From Macrostomum lignano (taxonomy: Eukaryota): a DNA stretch of 38,265 bases. How positions within the stretch are numbered: position 1 is the stretch's first letter; each line of letters begins with the position of its first letter. Under the pieces are notes generated by a model. The model did no database searches. It was not told the DNA's origin and saw nothing but the letters and a program-made list of their open reading frames with translations. Position numbers and translations under genes: made by a program. This document shows, piece after piece, positions 12,871 through 23,517 of the stretch. The stretch spans positions 1 through 38,265 of the forward strand of contig NIVC01001043.1 of assembly GCA_002269645.1 (NCBI GenBank). The letters are read 5' to 3'.

Positions 12871-13287
12871 AAAGTGCTCACTAGATTTTCAGCGCATTTG
12901 ACATTTTGACTGCTCTCTGGATCTCAAAGCGGAGATTCAATATCAGTGTCAGTCTTCCCTGTTTTTACTTCTGAACCGCAAAATCAGTTCGCCGTGCCGT
13001 CAGTCATTTAGGGCAGGTCGTTAAAACAAAACACAGCTCTCTAAGCTTGCATGCTGACAGTTGAAAATGTGGCATTTTTGTTAGAATAAAATCCGAATTC
13101 ACAAGTTGCGCACTGTTTCATCGCGATGTACTTTTCTTAGAAAGCCAATATGCTAGTTAAATATGTCAATCAGCTTACTGATATATAGTTATAGTTTCAC
13201 AGCCGCTAACATATTAACATCAAACAGTGTAATATCTATTGAATTTGTACATTCCGTTACAGTGTAGTCTTGGCATACTCTCAGCTC

Positions 13288-13301
13288 GCGCCCATGGCAA
13301 C
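13288..13301. promoter_or_regulatory. Possible RFX X-box (GCGCCCATGGCAAC)
   Basis: Right part CCATGGCAAC matches GTTGCCATGGCAAC exactly; the left half deviates. Confidence 0.3.
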
Positions 13302-13539
13302 GCTACAGATTGCAGTGAGATATAGAGTATTATTTTTAGATATTTCCCAATGCAGTTAATTAGTATTTTGCATAACTGCTGAAATAAAATAAGCAGAATA
13401 ATGCATTGAGCACTTTGCCTGCTCAATGTTCTGTAGTTGGCTGCTGATGCTTGCAGCGTCTCTGATGGTGTTCGGACCTCTCATTCTTGTCTTCTCACGA
13501 GTAATACTCTTAGTTTGTTAAACAGCTGGGATCTTTGGA

Positions 13540-14430
13540 ATCACCCTCTAGTGTATTGTGGCGCCCCCTCTGGTGTATTGTGGCGCCCCCTCTAGTGTAT
13601 TGTGGCGCCCCCTCTAGTGTATTGTGGCGCCCCTCTAGTGTATTGTGGCGCCCCCTCTAGTGTATTGTGGCGCCCCCTCTAGTGTATTGTGGCGCCCCCT
13701 CTAGTGTATTGTGGCGCCCCCTCTAGTGTATTGTGGCGCCCCTCTAGTGTATTGTGGCGCCCCCTCTAGTGTATTGTGGCGCCCCCTCTAGTGTATTGTG
13801 GCGCCCCCTCTAGTGTATTGTGGCGCCCCTCTGGTGTATTGTGGCGCCCCCTCTAGTGTATTGTGGCGCCCCTCTAGTGTATTGTGGCGCCCCCTCTAGT
13901 GTATTGTGGCGCCCCCTCTAGTGTATTGTGGCGCCCCCTCTAGTATATTGTGGCGCCCCTCTGGTGTATTGTGGCGCCCCCTCTAGTGTATTGTGGCGCC
14001 CCCTCTAGTGTATTGTGGCGCCCCCTCTAGTGTATTGTGGCGCCCCTCTAGTGTATTGTGGCGCCCCCTCTAGTGTATTGTGGCGCCCCCTCTAGTGTAT
14101 TGTGGCGCCCCCTCTAGTATATTGTGGCGCCCCTCTTGTGTATTGTGGCGCCCCCTCTAGTGTATCGTGGCGCCCCTCTAGTGTATTGTGGCGCCCCCTC
14201 TAGTGTATTGTGGCGCCCCCTCTAGTGTATTGTGGCGCCCCCTCTAGTGTATTGTGGCGCCCCCTCTAGTGTATTGTGGCGCCCCCTCTAGTGTATTGTG
14301 GCGCCCCTCTAGTGTATTGTGGCGCCCCCTCTAGTGTATTGTGGCGCCCCCTCTAGTGTATTGTGGCGCCCCTAGTGTAGTGTGGCACCCCCTAGTGTAG
14401 TGTGGCGCCCCCTCTAGTGTATTGTTTCGT
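13540..14430. repeat. 22-23-bp minisatellite (CTAGTGTATTGTGGCGCCCCCT)
   Basis: Near-identical tandem copies that vary mainly in C-run length. Confidence 0.95.
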
Positions 14431-14469
14431 TCCCAAGTATATTGTAGTGCCCACAGTTGCTTGTAGCGC

Positions 14470-14780
14470 CCCCAGTTAGATTGTGGGCCCCTAGTGTATT
14501 GAGGTACCCCTGTAGATTGTGGGCCCCTAGTGTATTGAGGTACCCCGGTAGATTGTGGGCCCCTAGTGTATTGACCCCGGTAGATTGTGGGCCCCTAGTG
14601 TATTGAGGTACCCCGGTAGATTGTGGGCCCCTAGTGTATTGAGGTACCCCGGCAGATTGTGGGCCCCTAGTGTATTGAAGTATCCCGGCAGATTGTGGGC
14701 CCCTAGTGTATTGAGGTACCCCGGTAGATTGTGGGACCCTAGTGTATTGAGGTACACCGGCAGATTGTGGCGCCCTTAGT
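14470..14780. repeat. 36-bp minisatellite (AGATTGTGGGCCCCTAGTGTATTGAGGTACCCCGGT)
   Basis: About 8 copies; shares CTAGTGTATTG with the adjacent 23-mer array. Confidence 0.9.
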
Positions 14781-15467
14781 GGATTGTGGCGCTACCCGTT
14801 GATTGTGGCGTCCCCTGTTGAGTTGTGGCGCCCTTCAGTGAATTTTGACACCCCCTGTTGTATTGTGGCGCCTTTAGCCAGAATATGCTGGCTCCATGTT
14901 GCGCAGAAAAGTTCATCAAATCATCATGCCAAAGACCAAACTGAAAGTCCTCGGTGCTGCAGACAGACCCCAGTGCTATCAATACGGCTGTTTTATTGAA
15001 TAAGTTTTCCAATAAAGCACTTGTTTTACGCGTCATCGAACTTTATACTGTAGGAAAGTACAAGTAACCGATTATTTAGTGCTTCTTTCTGAACGTATTC
15101 AGCTTGAGTGTTTGTTGCTAACTGGTCCTGTCCTTGTGTACTTTTGCTGTTGTTAATTCAAGTTTGTTGTGCCAAATGACAAATTGAAATATGTTATAGT
15201 CCTAACTCCATTGTCATGGCTGTTCTGTCATTATACATGGCGAAAAGCATCATTTTTTATCCAAAAATTTTTTGAGTACAAATTTTCTAACCCATTTTGT
15301 ATCTAAATGCATCGAGTGCATTGCGTTGCTAAGAGCATATCAGTTTGATAAATAATTAATCCGCCTGTACTTTGACAGTTTTAAGGCTAATAAATTATAT
15401 TTTTTAACAAGCTGTCATTTCCATGTTTTTTTATTTCAAGACATTCAGTGTTTCCTAAATAAACTAG

Positions 15468-16192
15468 GGCCAGCTCCTCAGTTGCTGAGCCAGCTTCCCA
15501 GATCCTCAGTTGCTGAGCCAGCTTCCCAGATCCTCAGTTGCTGAGCCAGCTTCCCAGATCCTCAGTTGCTGAGGCCAGCTTCGAACATCATCAGTTGCTG
15601 AGCCAGCTTCCCAGACCCTCAGTTGCTGAGGCCCGCCTCCCAGATCCTCAGTTGCTGGGCCAGCCTCCGACATCCTCAGTTGCTGAGCCAGCTTTCCAGA
15701 TCCTCAGTTGCTGAGCCAGCTTCCCAGATCCTCAGTTGCTGAGGCCAGCCTCGAACATCATCAGTTGCTGAGCCAGCTTCCCAGACCCTCAGTTGCTGAG
15801 GCCCGCCTCCCAGATCCTCAGTTGCTGGGCCAGCCTCCGACATCCTCAGTTGCTGAGCCAGCTTTCCAGATCCTCAGTTGCTGAGCCAGCCTCCCAGATC
15901 CTCAGTTGCTGAGCCAGCCTCCCAGATCCTCAGTTGCTGAGGCCCGCCTCCCAAATCCTCAGTTGCTGGGCCAGCCTTCCAGATCCTCAGGTGCTGGGCC
16001 AGCCTCCCAGATCCTCAGTTGCTGGGCCAGCCTCCCAAATCCTCAGTTGCTGGGCCAGCCTCCCAGATCCTCAGTTGCTGGGCCAGCCTCCCAGATCCTC
16101 AGTTGCTGGGCCAGCCTCCCAGATCCTCAGTTTCTGGGCCAGCCTCCCAAATCCTCAGTTGCTGGGCCAGCCTCCCAGATCCTCAGTCACCG
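15468..16192. repeat. 28-bp minisatellite (CCTCAGTTGCTGAGCCAGCTTCCCAGAT)
   Basis: About 25 copies ending about 50 bp before the HEAT-gene ATG; units often contain the CTCAG-TTG-CTGAG inverted repeat. Confidence 0.95.
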
Positions 16193-16245
16193 GGCCCTTA
16201 AAAAATCAAACCAAACCCAGACCAAGCCGCCCTCCATCCATATTC

Positions 16246-19200
16246 ATGGAGGTGGATCATCCGCAGTCTGCCTCGCTGACGGCCAGTCTGGATGGCCTCT
16301 GCGCAGGCACCAAACTCGAGCGAGACCGCTCAGAAACCGCCGTCCAGTCCGCTTTGGCAACCGACTTGAGCTCTGCCCTAGCAACGGTGGCAGCTTGGCT
16401 GGATACCAAGTGGCAGGCGGCCGACTCCGGCCAGCTGGAGCCCGAGGCCTGGGAGCAGCGCTTCGGTTGCCTGCGCGCCAGCTGCCTGTTGCTCCAACAG
16501 CTGCGGCCGCCGGTTTCCCCGGAGCTGCTCCGTCGGCATCTCGACCGAGCTCTGCCGCTGCTCAGCGATCCGGAGTTTCGAGTCCGGGTTGTCGCCGGCG
16601 AGTGCGTCGGCGAAGTCTGCCGGCGCGACCAGCCCGCCGAAGCGGCTGGCGGAGGTGACAGCGGCGGCTTCTTCGTGGAGCTGCTCCGGCCGCTGATTCT
16701 TGCGGGCATCCGCGACAACTTGGAGCGGATGACTGCTGGCGACGCCAGGGACGCCTCGCCTTCCGACTCGTCGCGACCCGACAGCCCGTCGCCAATGATG
16801 TCGGCGGAGCGGCACGACAAGGAGGCCATCTTTCACGACACGGCCGGCTGGAAGAATCTGGAGACCTGGATGCGCTGCCTGCTCTGCGTGGTTGATGGGT
16901 GAGCTGCCGTGTGATGGAGCTGGGGGTGAGCTGCCGTGAGATGGAGCTGGGGGTGAGCTGCCGTGTGATGGAGCTGGGGGTGAGCTGCCGTGTGATGGAG
17001 CTGGGGGTGAGCTGCCGTGTGATGGAGCTGGGGGTGAGCTGCCGTGTGATGGAGCTGGGGGTGAGCTGCCCTGTGATGGAGCTGGGGGTGAGCTGCCGTG
17101 TGATGGAGCTGGGGGTGAGCTGCCGTGTGATGGAGCTGGGGGTGAGCTGCCGTGTGATGGAGCTGGGGGTGAGCTGCCGTGTGATGGAGCTGGGGGTGAG
17201 CTGCCGTGAGATGGAGCTGGGGGTGAGCTGCCGTGTGATGGAGCTGGGGGTGAGCTGCCCTGTGATGGAGCTGGGGGTGAGCTGCCGTGAGATGGAGCTG
17301 GGGGTGAGCTGCCGTGTGATGGAGCTGGGGGTGAGCTGCCGTGTGATGGAGCTGGGGGTGAGCTGCCGTGTGATGGAGCTGGGGGTGAGCTGCCGTGATG
17401 GAGCTGGGGGTGAGCTGCAGTGAGATGGAGCTGGGGGTGAGCTGCCGTGAGATGGAGCTGGGGGTGAGCTGCCGTGTGATGGAGCTGGGGGTGAGCTGCC
17501 CTGTGATGGAGCTGGGGGTGAGCTGCCGTGTGATGGAGCTGGGGGTGAGCTGCCGTGTGATGGAGCTGGGGGTGAGCTGCCGTGTGATGGAGCTGGGGGT
17601 GAGCTGCCCTGTGATGGAGCTGGGGGTGAGCTGCCGTGAGATGGAGCTGGGGGTGAGCTGCCGTGTGATGGAGCTGGGGGTGAGCTGCCGTGTGATGGAG
17701 CTGGGGGTGAGCTGCCGTGTGATGGAGCTGGGGGTGAGCTGCCGTGTGATGGAGCTGGGGGTGAGCTGCCGTGTGATGGAGCTGGGGGTGAGCTGCTATA
17801 GAGATAAAGCTAGGCGTGAGCTGCCGTGTGATGGAGCTGGGGGTGAGCTGCCGTGAGATGGAGCTGGGGGTGAGCTGCCGTGAGATGGAGCTGGGGGTGA
17901 GCTGCCGTGTGATGGAGCTGGGGGTGAGCTGCCGTGTGATGGAGCTGGGGGTGAGCTGCCGTGTGATGGAGCTGGGGGTGAGCTGCCGTGAGATGGAGCT
18001 GGGGGTGAGCTGCTATAGAGATAAAGCTAGGCGTGAGCTGCCGTGTGATGGAGCTGGGGGTGAGCTGCCCTGTGATGGAGCTGGGGGTGAGCTGCCGTGA
18101 GATGGAGCTGGGGGTGAGCTGCCGTGATGGAGCTGGGGGTGAGCTGCCGTGATGGAGCTGGGGGTGAGCTGCCGTGAGATGGAGCTGGGGGTGAGCTGCC
18201 CTGTGATGGAGCTGGGGGTGAGCTGCCGTGTGATGGAGCTGGGGGTGAGCTGCCGTGAGATGGAGCTGGGGGTGAGCTGCCGTGTGATGGAGCTGGGGGC
18301 GAGCTGTCATAGAGATGGGGCTGCCGGCAACTGACATTCTGGGAGGCTAGCCTAGCAACTGAGCCTGCCCACACTCTTGCTACTGAGCTAGTAGGCTGTT
18401 GAGGTTATGGGGTTTTTTAACTCTGGATCATTTTTTGTAATGGAAACTTGTGGTGTAACTGACTGGTGTTACTGACTTACTATCCCTCCGTGTACTTTAG
18501 GCGGCTCGTTGTGTACTTTTGGGTAGCTGAAACTCCCTTTTTCCTTCCTAAATGAATTTACGAATAAATTTTCAGCTACGGCTCCGGCTTCGCCCGTCTC
18601 CTTGACGACGAGCTCCTCGAGCTGGTGTTCAGCACCCTGCGGCACACCAACCGGTTCGTCCGCGAGACCGGCTTCCAGGTGCTCGCCGCCGTGTCCCGCG
18701 GAGACGCCGCCCCAACAGCCTGCAGAGGCCGCATCGCTGAGCAGCTGGCCACAGGCCTGTCGGACAACTGGAGCCAGGTGAGAATGGCCGCCAGCCTGGC
18801 AGCCAGGAATTTCCTGCTCAAATACGTGGACGAGCGGTCGAAGCCGCCGCCAGAGATTCAGCGCCTGCTGGTGCCGCCGCTGTGCCTGAACCGCTACTAC
18901 ATGGCCGAGGGAGTCCGGCTGTTCAACCAGGAGACCTGGCGCCTGCTGGCCACTGTAGTTGAAGGCCCCCGGCTGGTTAGCGATAACATCGACCAGGTGG
19001 TCAAGTTCTACGTGGAACAGTCCAGGGCTAACAATCACGCTGTTAGGGAGGCCGCCTGCGCTTGCATCGCCGAGCTGGGTTATAAGGTGAGCTGTGAGCT
19101 TGCTCTTGGGGGTGGGGTCCACTAACCCTGCTGTACTATAGTGTACATGTATATGTTCTGGAGGTCATTGATCCTCGTAACGTGCTCTTACAGTCACTAT

Positions 19201-21408
19201 ACTGTATTTGGGGGTCACTGACTTCAGTACCCTTCTCCTGCAGTCACTATACTGTCTATTTGGGGTCATTGACCCCCCCTAATGTGCTTCTGCAGTCACT
19301 ATACTGTCTATTTGGGGTCATTGACCCCCCCTAATGTGCTTCTGCAGTCACTATACTGTCTATTTGGGGTCATTGACCCCCCTAATGTGCTCCTGCAGTT
19401 ACTATACTGTCTTTAGGGGTCAATGACCCCCTTAATGTGCTCCTGCAGTCACTGTACTGTCTATGGAGGTCACTGACCCCAGTAATGTGTTCCAACATGG
19501 CATTTTACAGTCTATGGAGGTCAGCTGACCCCTTGACACATGCCTGCCGGGGTCACTGACCCCACTAATTGCTCATATATGTTCTCCTCTGAAGCGACTC
19601 CAAGGCCTCCATTATCGCCACCCCCAACTCAGGTGGACCCCGCGGTGGTGCAGCCGCACGTGCCCCAGCTGTACTCCGCCCTGCTGGTCTGCTTCGACGA
19701 CGACAGCTGGCCAGTCCGCGACGCCGCCTGCATCGCCTGCGGCCGCTTCGCCACGGCGCACCCCGCCGAGACCGCCGGCATGCTGGACCGCCTGCTGCCG
19801 CTGTTCACCGCCAACCTCCGCGACAGCGTGCCCTCCGTCAGGCAGGGCGCCGCCGCTTCGCTGCGCTGCCTCGTTGCCAGCCTGTTGCCCAGCAACCCCG
19901 GCCTCGGCGACGCCCTGCTGTCCGAGCTGTCGGCCGGGCTGTCCCAGCCGGCCAGCCAGCCCGAGTCCAGTTCGGCCGCGTCCGGCCTCGCCTCCGAGCC
20001 GGCGCTGTTCGGCGTCGCCGCGGCCAAGCGGATTCGCGACAATGACGAGGCGCTGCACACGGACCGCACCATGTACTCCTGCGGCTCGCTGGCGCCCAAG
20101 ATGTCCCCGGGCGGCGGCTGCTCCAATCACAACTTCCGGCGCCCCGCCGAGCCCTGGGAGATCGCCGACGGTTGCGTGCACCTCCTGGCTGAGCTGTGCG
20201 ATCTGCCTGAGCTGCGGCCTCGTCTGGCTGACCTGCTGCCTCTGCTGGCTAAGGCTACCACTTACAGGTAGCCTGATTGCATCTGTCTGATTGCAGTTGT
20301 CTGATTGCATTTGTCTGATTACAGTTGTCTGGTTGTAACTGTCTGATTGCAGCTGTCTGGTTGCAGTTGTCTGATTGCAGTTGTCTGATTGCAGTTGTCT
20401 GGTTGTAACTGTCTGATTGCAGTTGTCTGATTGCAGTTGTCTGGTTGTAACTGTCTGATTGCAGTTGTCTGATTGCAGTTGTCTGATTGCAGTTGTCTGG
20501 TTGTAACTGTCTGATTGCACCTGTCTGATTGCAGTTGTCTGATTGCAGTTGTCTGGTTGTAACTGTCTGATTGCATCTGTCTGATTGCAGTTGTCTGATT
20601 GCAGTTGTCTGGTTGTAACTGTCTGATTGCATCTGTCTGATTGCAGTTGTCTGATTGCATTTGTCTGATTACAGTTGTCTGGTTGTAACTGTCTGATTGC
20701 AGTTGTCTGATTGCAGTTGTCTGATTGCAGTTGTCTGGTTGTAACTGTCTGATTGCAGTTGTCTGATTGTAGTTGTCTGATTGCAGTTGTCTGGTTGTAA
20801 CTGTCTGATTGCAGTTGTCTGATTGCAGTTGTCTGATTGCACCTGTCTGATTGTAGTTGTCTGATTGCAGTTGTCTGATTGCAGTTGTCTGATTGCACCT
20901 GTCTGATTGCAGTTGTCTGATTGCAGTTGTCTGATTGCACCTGTCTGATTGCAGTTGTCCGATTGCTGTTGTCCACTAACAGTATTTGTGTCTTTGCACC
21001 TGTCCACTAACAATATTTGTGTCTCTCTGCACCTGTACACTAACAATCTCCGTCTCTTTTTGCACCTGTTTGCACACAGGCTCCCTCACTCACCTGCTTA
21101 CCCACCGCCCGTCCGCCCGCAGGCAGTTCGCCCACCATTTCGCCCTGCTGGAGTCGGTGCTGCGCCGCCTGCCCCAGGTGGCCAGCGGCATTGGCAAGCC
21201 TGTGTTCAAGCGCCACCTGGAAGCCTTCCTGGAGCCGCTGGCCTACGCCTTGGAGCACCGGCAGGACAGTCAGCTGGCCGCAGCCGCCGCCGAGGACTGC
21301 CTGGCCGGCCTGGCCCGCCTGCTCGGCCCGGGGATTCTGCGCGGCCGGATCGAGCAGACCCGAGACCCCCGGCTGCTCGATGCCCTGTCGCCATTGCTGC
21401 CTCCCTGA
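16246..21408 (+). CDS. Uncharacterised HEAT/ARM-repeat protein, 694 aa; exons 16246-16898, 18576-19086, 19633-20267, 21123-21408
   Basis: GT-AG introns with matching phases (2,0,2); 2085 nt total. HEAT-like motifs [73 protein letters not shown]. An additional upstream exon cannot be excluded. Confidence 0.88.
16899..18310. repeat. 27-bp minisatellite (GTGAGCTGCCGTGTGATGGAGCTGGGG), about 50 copies
   Basis: Begins exactly at the HEAT intron-1 donor; source of the MELGVSCRV pseudo-ORFs. Confidence 0.95.
19150..19565. repeat. ~51-bp minisatellite with palindromic GGGTCA-n-TGACCC core
   Basis: About 8-9 units in HEAT intron 2. Confidence 0.88.
20272..20965. repeat. 14-bp minisatellite (GTCTGATTGCAGTT)
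   Basis: About 48 copies filling HEAT intron 3. Confidence 0.95.
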
Positions 21409-21554
21409 CTGACCTCTGCCTGATGTCCGTGTATTGACTGAGACACCGTTTAGTGTCTGTAGCTTGCATTCTTGTACTGCTTTCTGGCACCGGGGCCTCA
21501 AGACCTCAGTGCTGCAGCCGTCACGAATCGTGGAATATATTGTCTCTGTGTCCA

Positions 21555-21990
21555 CCCACCTGTCCACCTGTCTGCATATCCCTCTTACCTGTCCACCTGT
21601 CTACATATCCCTCTTACCTGTCCACCTGTCTACATATCCCTCTTACCTGTCCACCTGTCTACATATCCCTCTTACCTGTCCACCTGTCTACATATCCCTC
21701 TTACCTGTCCACCTGTCTGCATATCCCTCTTACCTGTCCACCTGTCTACGTGTCCCTCTTACTTGTCTACTTGTCTGTATGTCTCATACCTGCCTGCAAA
21801 GACCCATCTGTCTCTCTACATTTCCACCTACCTGTCTCTACCTACCTCTCTACTTGTCCACCTCTTTACCTGCCTCTCTACCTGCTTCTCTAAATATCCA
21901 CCTGTTCACCTGTCTTTTTATCTGTCCACTTTTGAGTAGGCATGTCTCCCTACCTGTCCACTTGTGAGTGTCTCCCTGCCTGTCCACCTG
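21555..21990. repeat. 29-bp minisatellite (CCTGTCCACCTGTCTACATATCCCTCTTA) with degenerate tail
   Basis: Clean copies at about 21560-21760, then decay. Confidence 0.88.
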
Positions 21991-22306
21991 TCAATGGCAT
22001 TTTCCACGATTCGAAGACTCACATCTTATTCAGTGAATATTTAGCGCAGGCCCATTAAACGTTGTCTTGTCTATCCCGATGCTACTAAAAGTAGTCTGAT
22101 CAATCGTCTACAAAATGTATCAGTTTTGTATTGCTTGACAAGTGCTGCGAAATTATATTGCAATTAGTTTATTCATATGCTCTTCGTAATTCAAAATTTG
22201 ATTATGCATGTTTCATTGACTAATGCTTTAATTCTCTTCACTTATTTGTAGCTGGTGAAGATGTACTTTTAGAAGCATACGATTGATCCGCATTAATCCC
22301 CGTTTA

Positions 22307-22320
22307 GTTGCCATGACAAC
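22307..22320. promoter_or_regulatory. RFX X-box (GTTGCCATGACAAC)
   Basis: One mismatch to the palindromic GTTGCCATGGCAAC; fits RTHNYY-WT-RRNRAC. Confidence 0.5.
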
Positions 22321-22539
22321 CTGCCATTGTCAATCAAAGCTATCCATTGTCTTGTCTAGTTCCTGTGATTTTCCATTGGAGTGCCATGACTCCTCTCTAT
22401 CTGCCGCTTTTTATTACTTTTCACCTTTCCTCTCAACATCTGTTTTTCCGCTTCCCTTGCATTCTGCCTTTATTCTCATTTTTGTCTGCTCGTCTCTGTG
22501 CTGGTAGTGTCCCTAAGTTTTTATTATCATCACTATATC

Positions 22540-22990
22540 TTCTGTTCTCATCTAATTTCACTATATCTACCTGTTCTCATCTCACTATATCTACCTGTTC
22601 TCATATTATCTCACCATATCTACATGTTCTCATCTAATCTCACTATGTCTACCTGTTCTCATCTAATCTCACCATATCTACATTTTATCATCTAATCTCA
22701 CCACATCTACCTGTTCTCATCTAATCTATCTCACTATATCTACCTGTTCTCATCTAATCTCACTATATCTACCTGTTCTCATCTAATCTCACTATATCTA
22801 TCTGTTCTCATCTAATCTCACTATATCTACCTGTTCTCATCTAATCTCACTATGTCTACATGTTCTCATCTAATCTATCTCACTATATCTACCTGTTCTT
22901 ATCTAATCTCACCATATCTACATTTTATCATCTAATCTCACCGTATCTACCTGTTGTCATCTAATCTCACCACATCGACATGCTCTTATA
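22540..22990. repeat. 29-bp minisatellite (TCTCACTATATCTACCTGTTCTCATCTAA)
   Basis: Reverse complement of the unit of the 24695-25742 array. Confidence 0.9.
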
Positions 22991-23301
22991 TCAGATCTCA
23001 CCCTATCTACTCTAGTCTCATCTATCATTTTTCTCACTCACTAAGGAGTGTTCACTGTTCTAATCTCACCATAGAATTTCCTAGCATTTCATCAGCCGAG
23101 CACTCTCTCGCCCTCCCAGCTGTTAATGCTGTACCAGTGCCCGCACCCTCCCCCATTCATGCACATTGGCCATGGCTGAGCAGTGAGCAGGTGAGCATGG
23201 CTCTGCTCTACTCTTGCTATCACAAACCCCTCACCCCTCACCCCAGCAACCCAGCCCTGAGCTGCCGGGGGAGGGGTCGCTTGCGCGCGCGAGTCCATTG
23301 T

Positions 23302-23316
23302 GTTGTCAATGGCAAC
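23302..23316. promoter_or_regulatory. RFX X-box (GTTGTC-AAT-GGCAAC) in a GC-rich putative promoter of the RING gene
   Basis: Fits GTNRYC-N0-3-RGYAAC; about 200 bp upstream of ATG 23518, next to a GCGCGCGCG stretch. Confidence 0.5.
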
Positions 23317-23517
23317 CGCAGCCAGCTGTACTCTCTCTGCTCTCCTACCCCCCCCCATAGGCCAGAACTCTCATTTTTCTGGGAAGCGCGCACAACTTTA
23401 AGTATAGGAAAAGCGGCTGCAATGGAAAACTGGCTAAAAGATTGACATTTCTGATCATTTACAAAGTAGCTTGGTTATGCCATTATAGTTTATGATGTAG
23501 CCCAGTAGGTCAGTAAT

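Noticed and set aside
14776-15036. Minus-strand 86-aa ORF and a possible small exon at about 13430-13520
   Set aside because: No recognisable domain, no consistent donor/acceptor pairing, and the ORF runs into a satellite.
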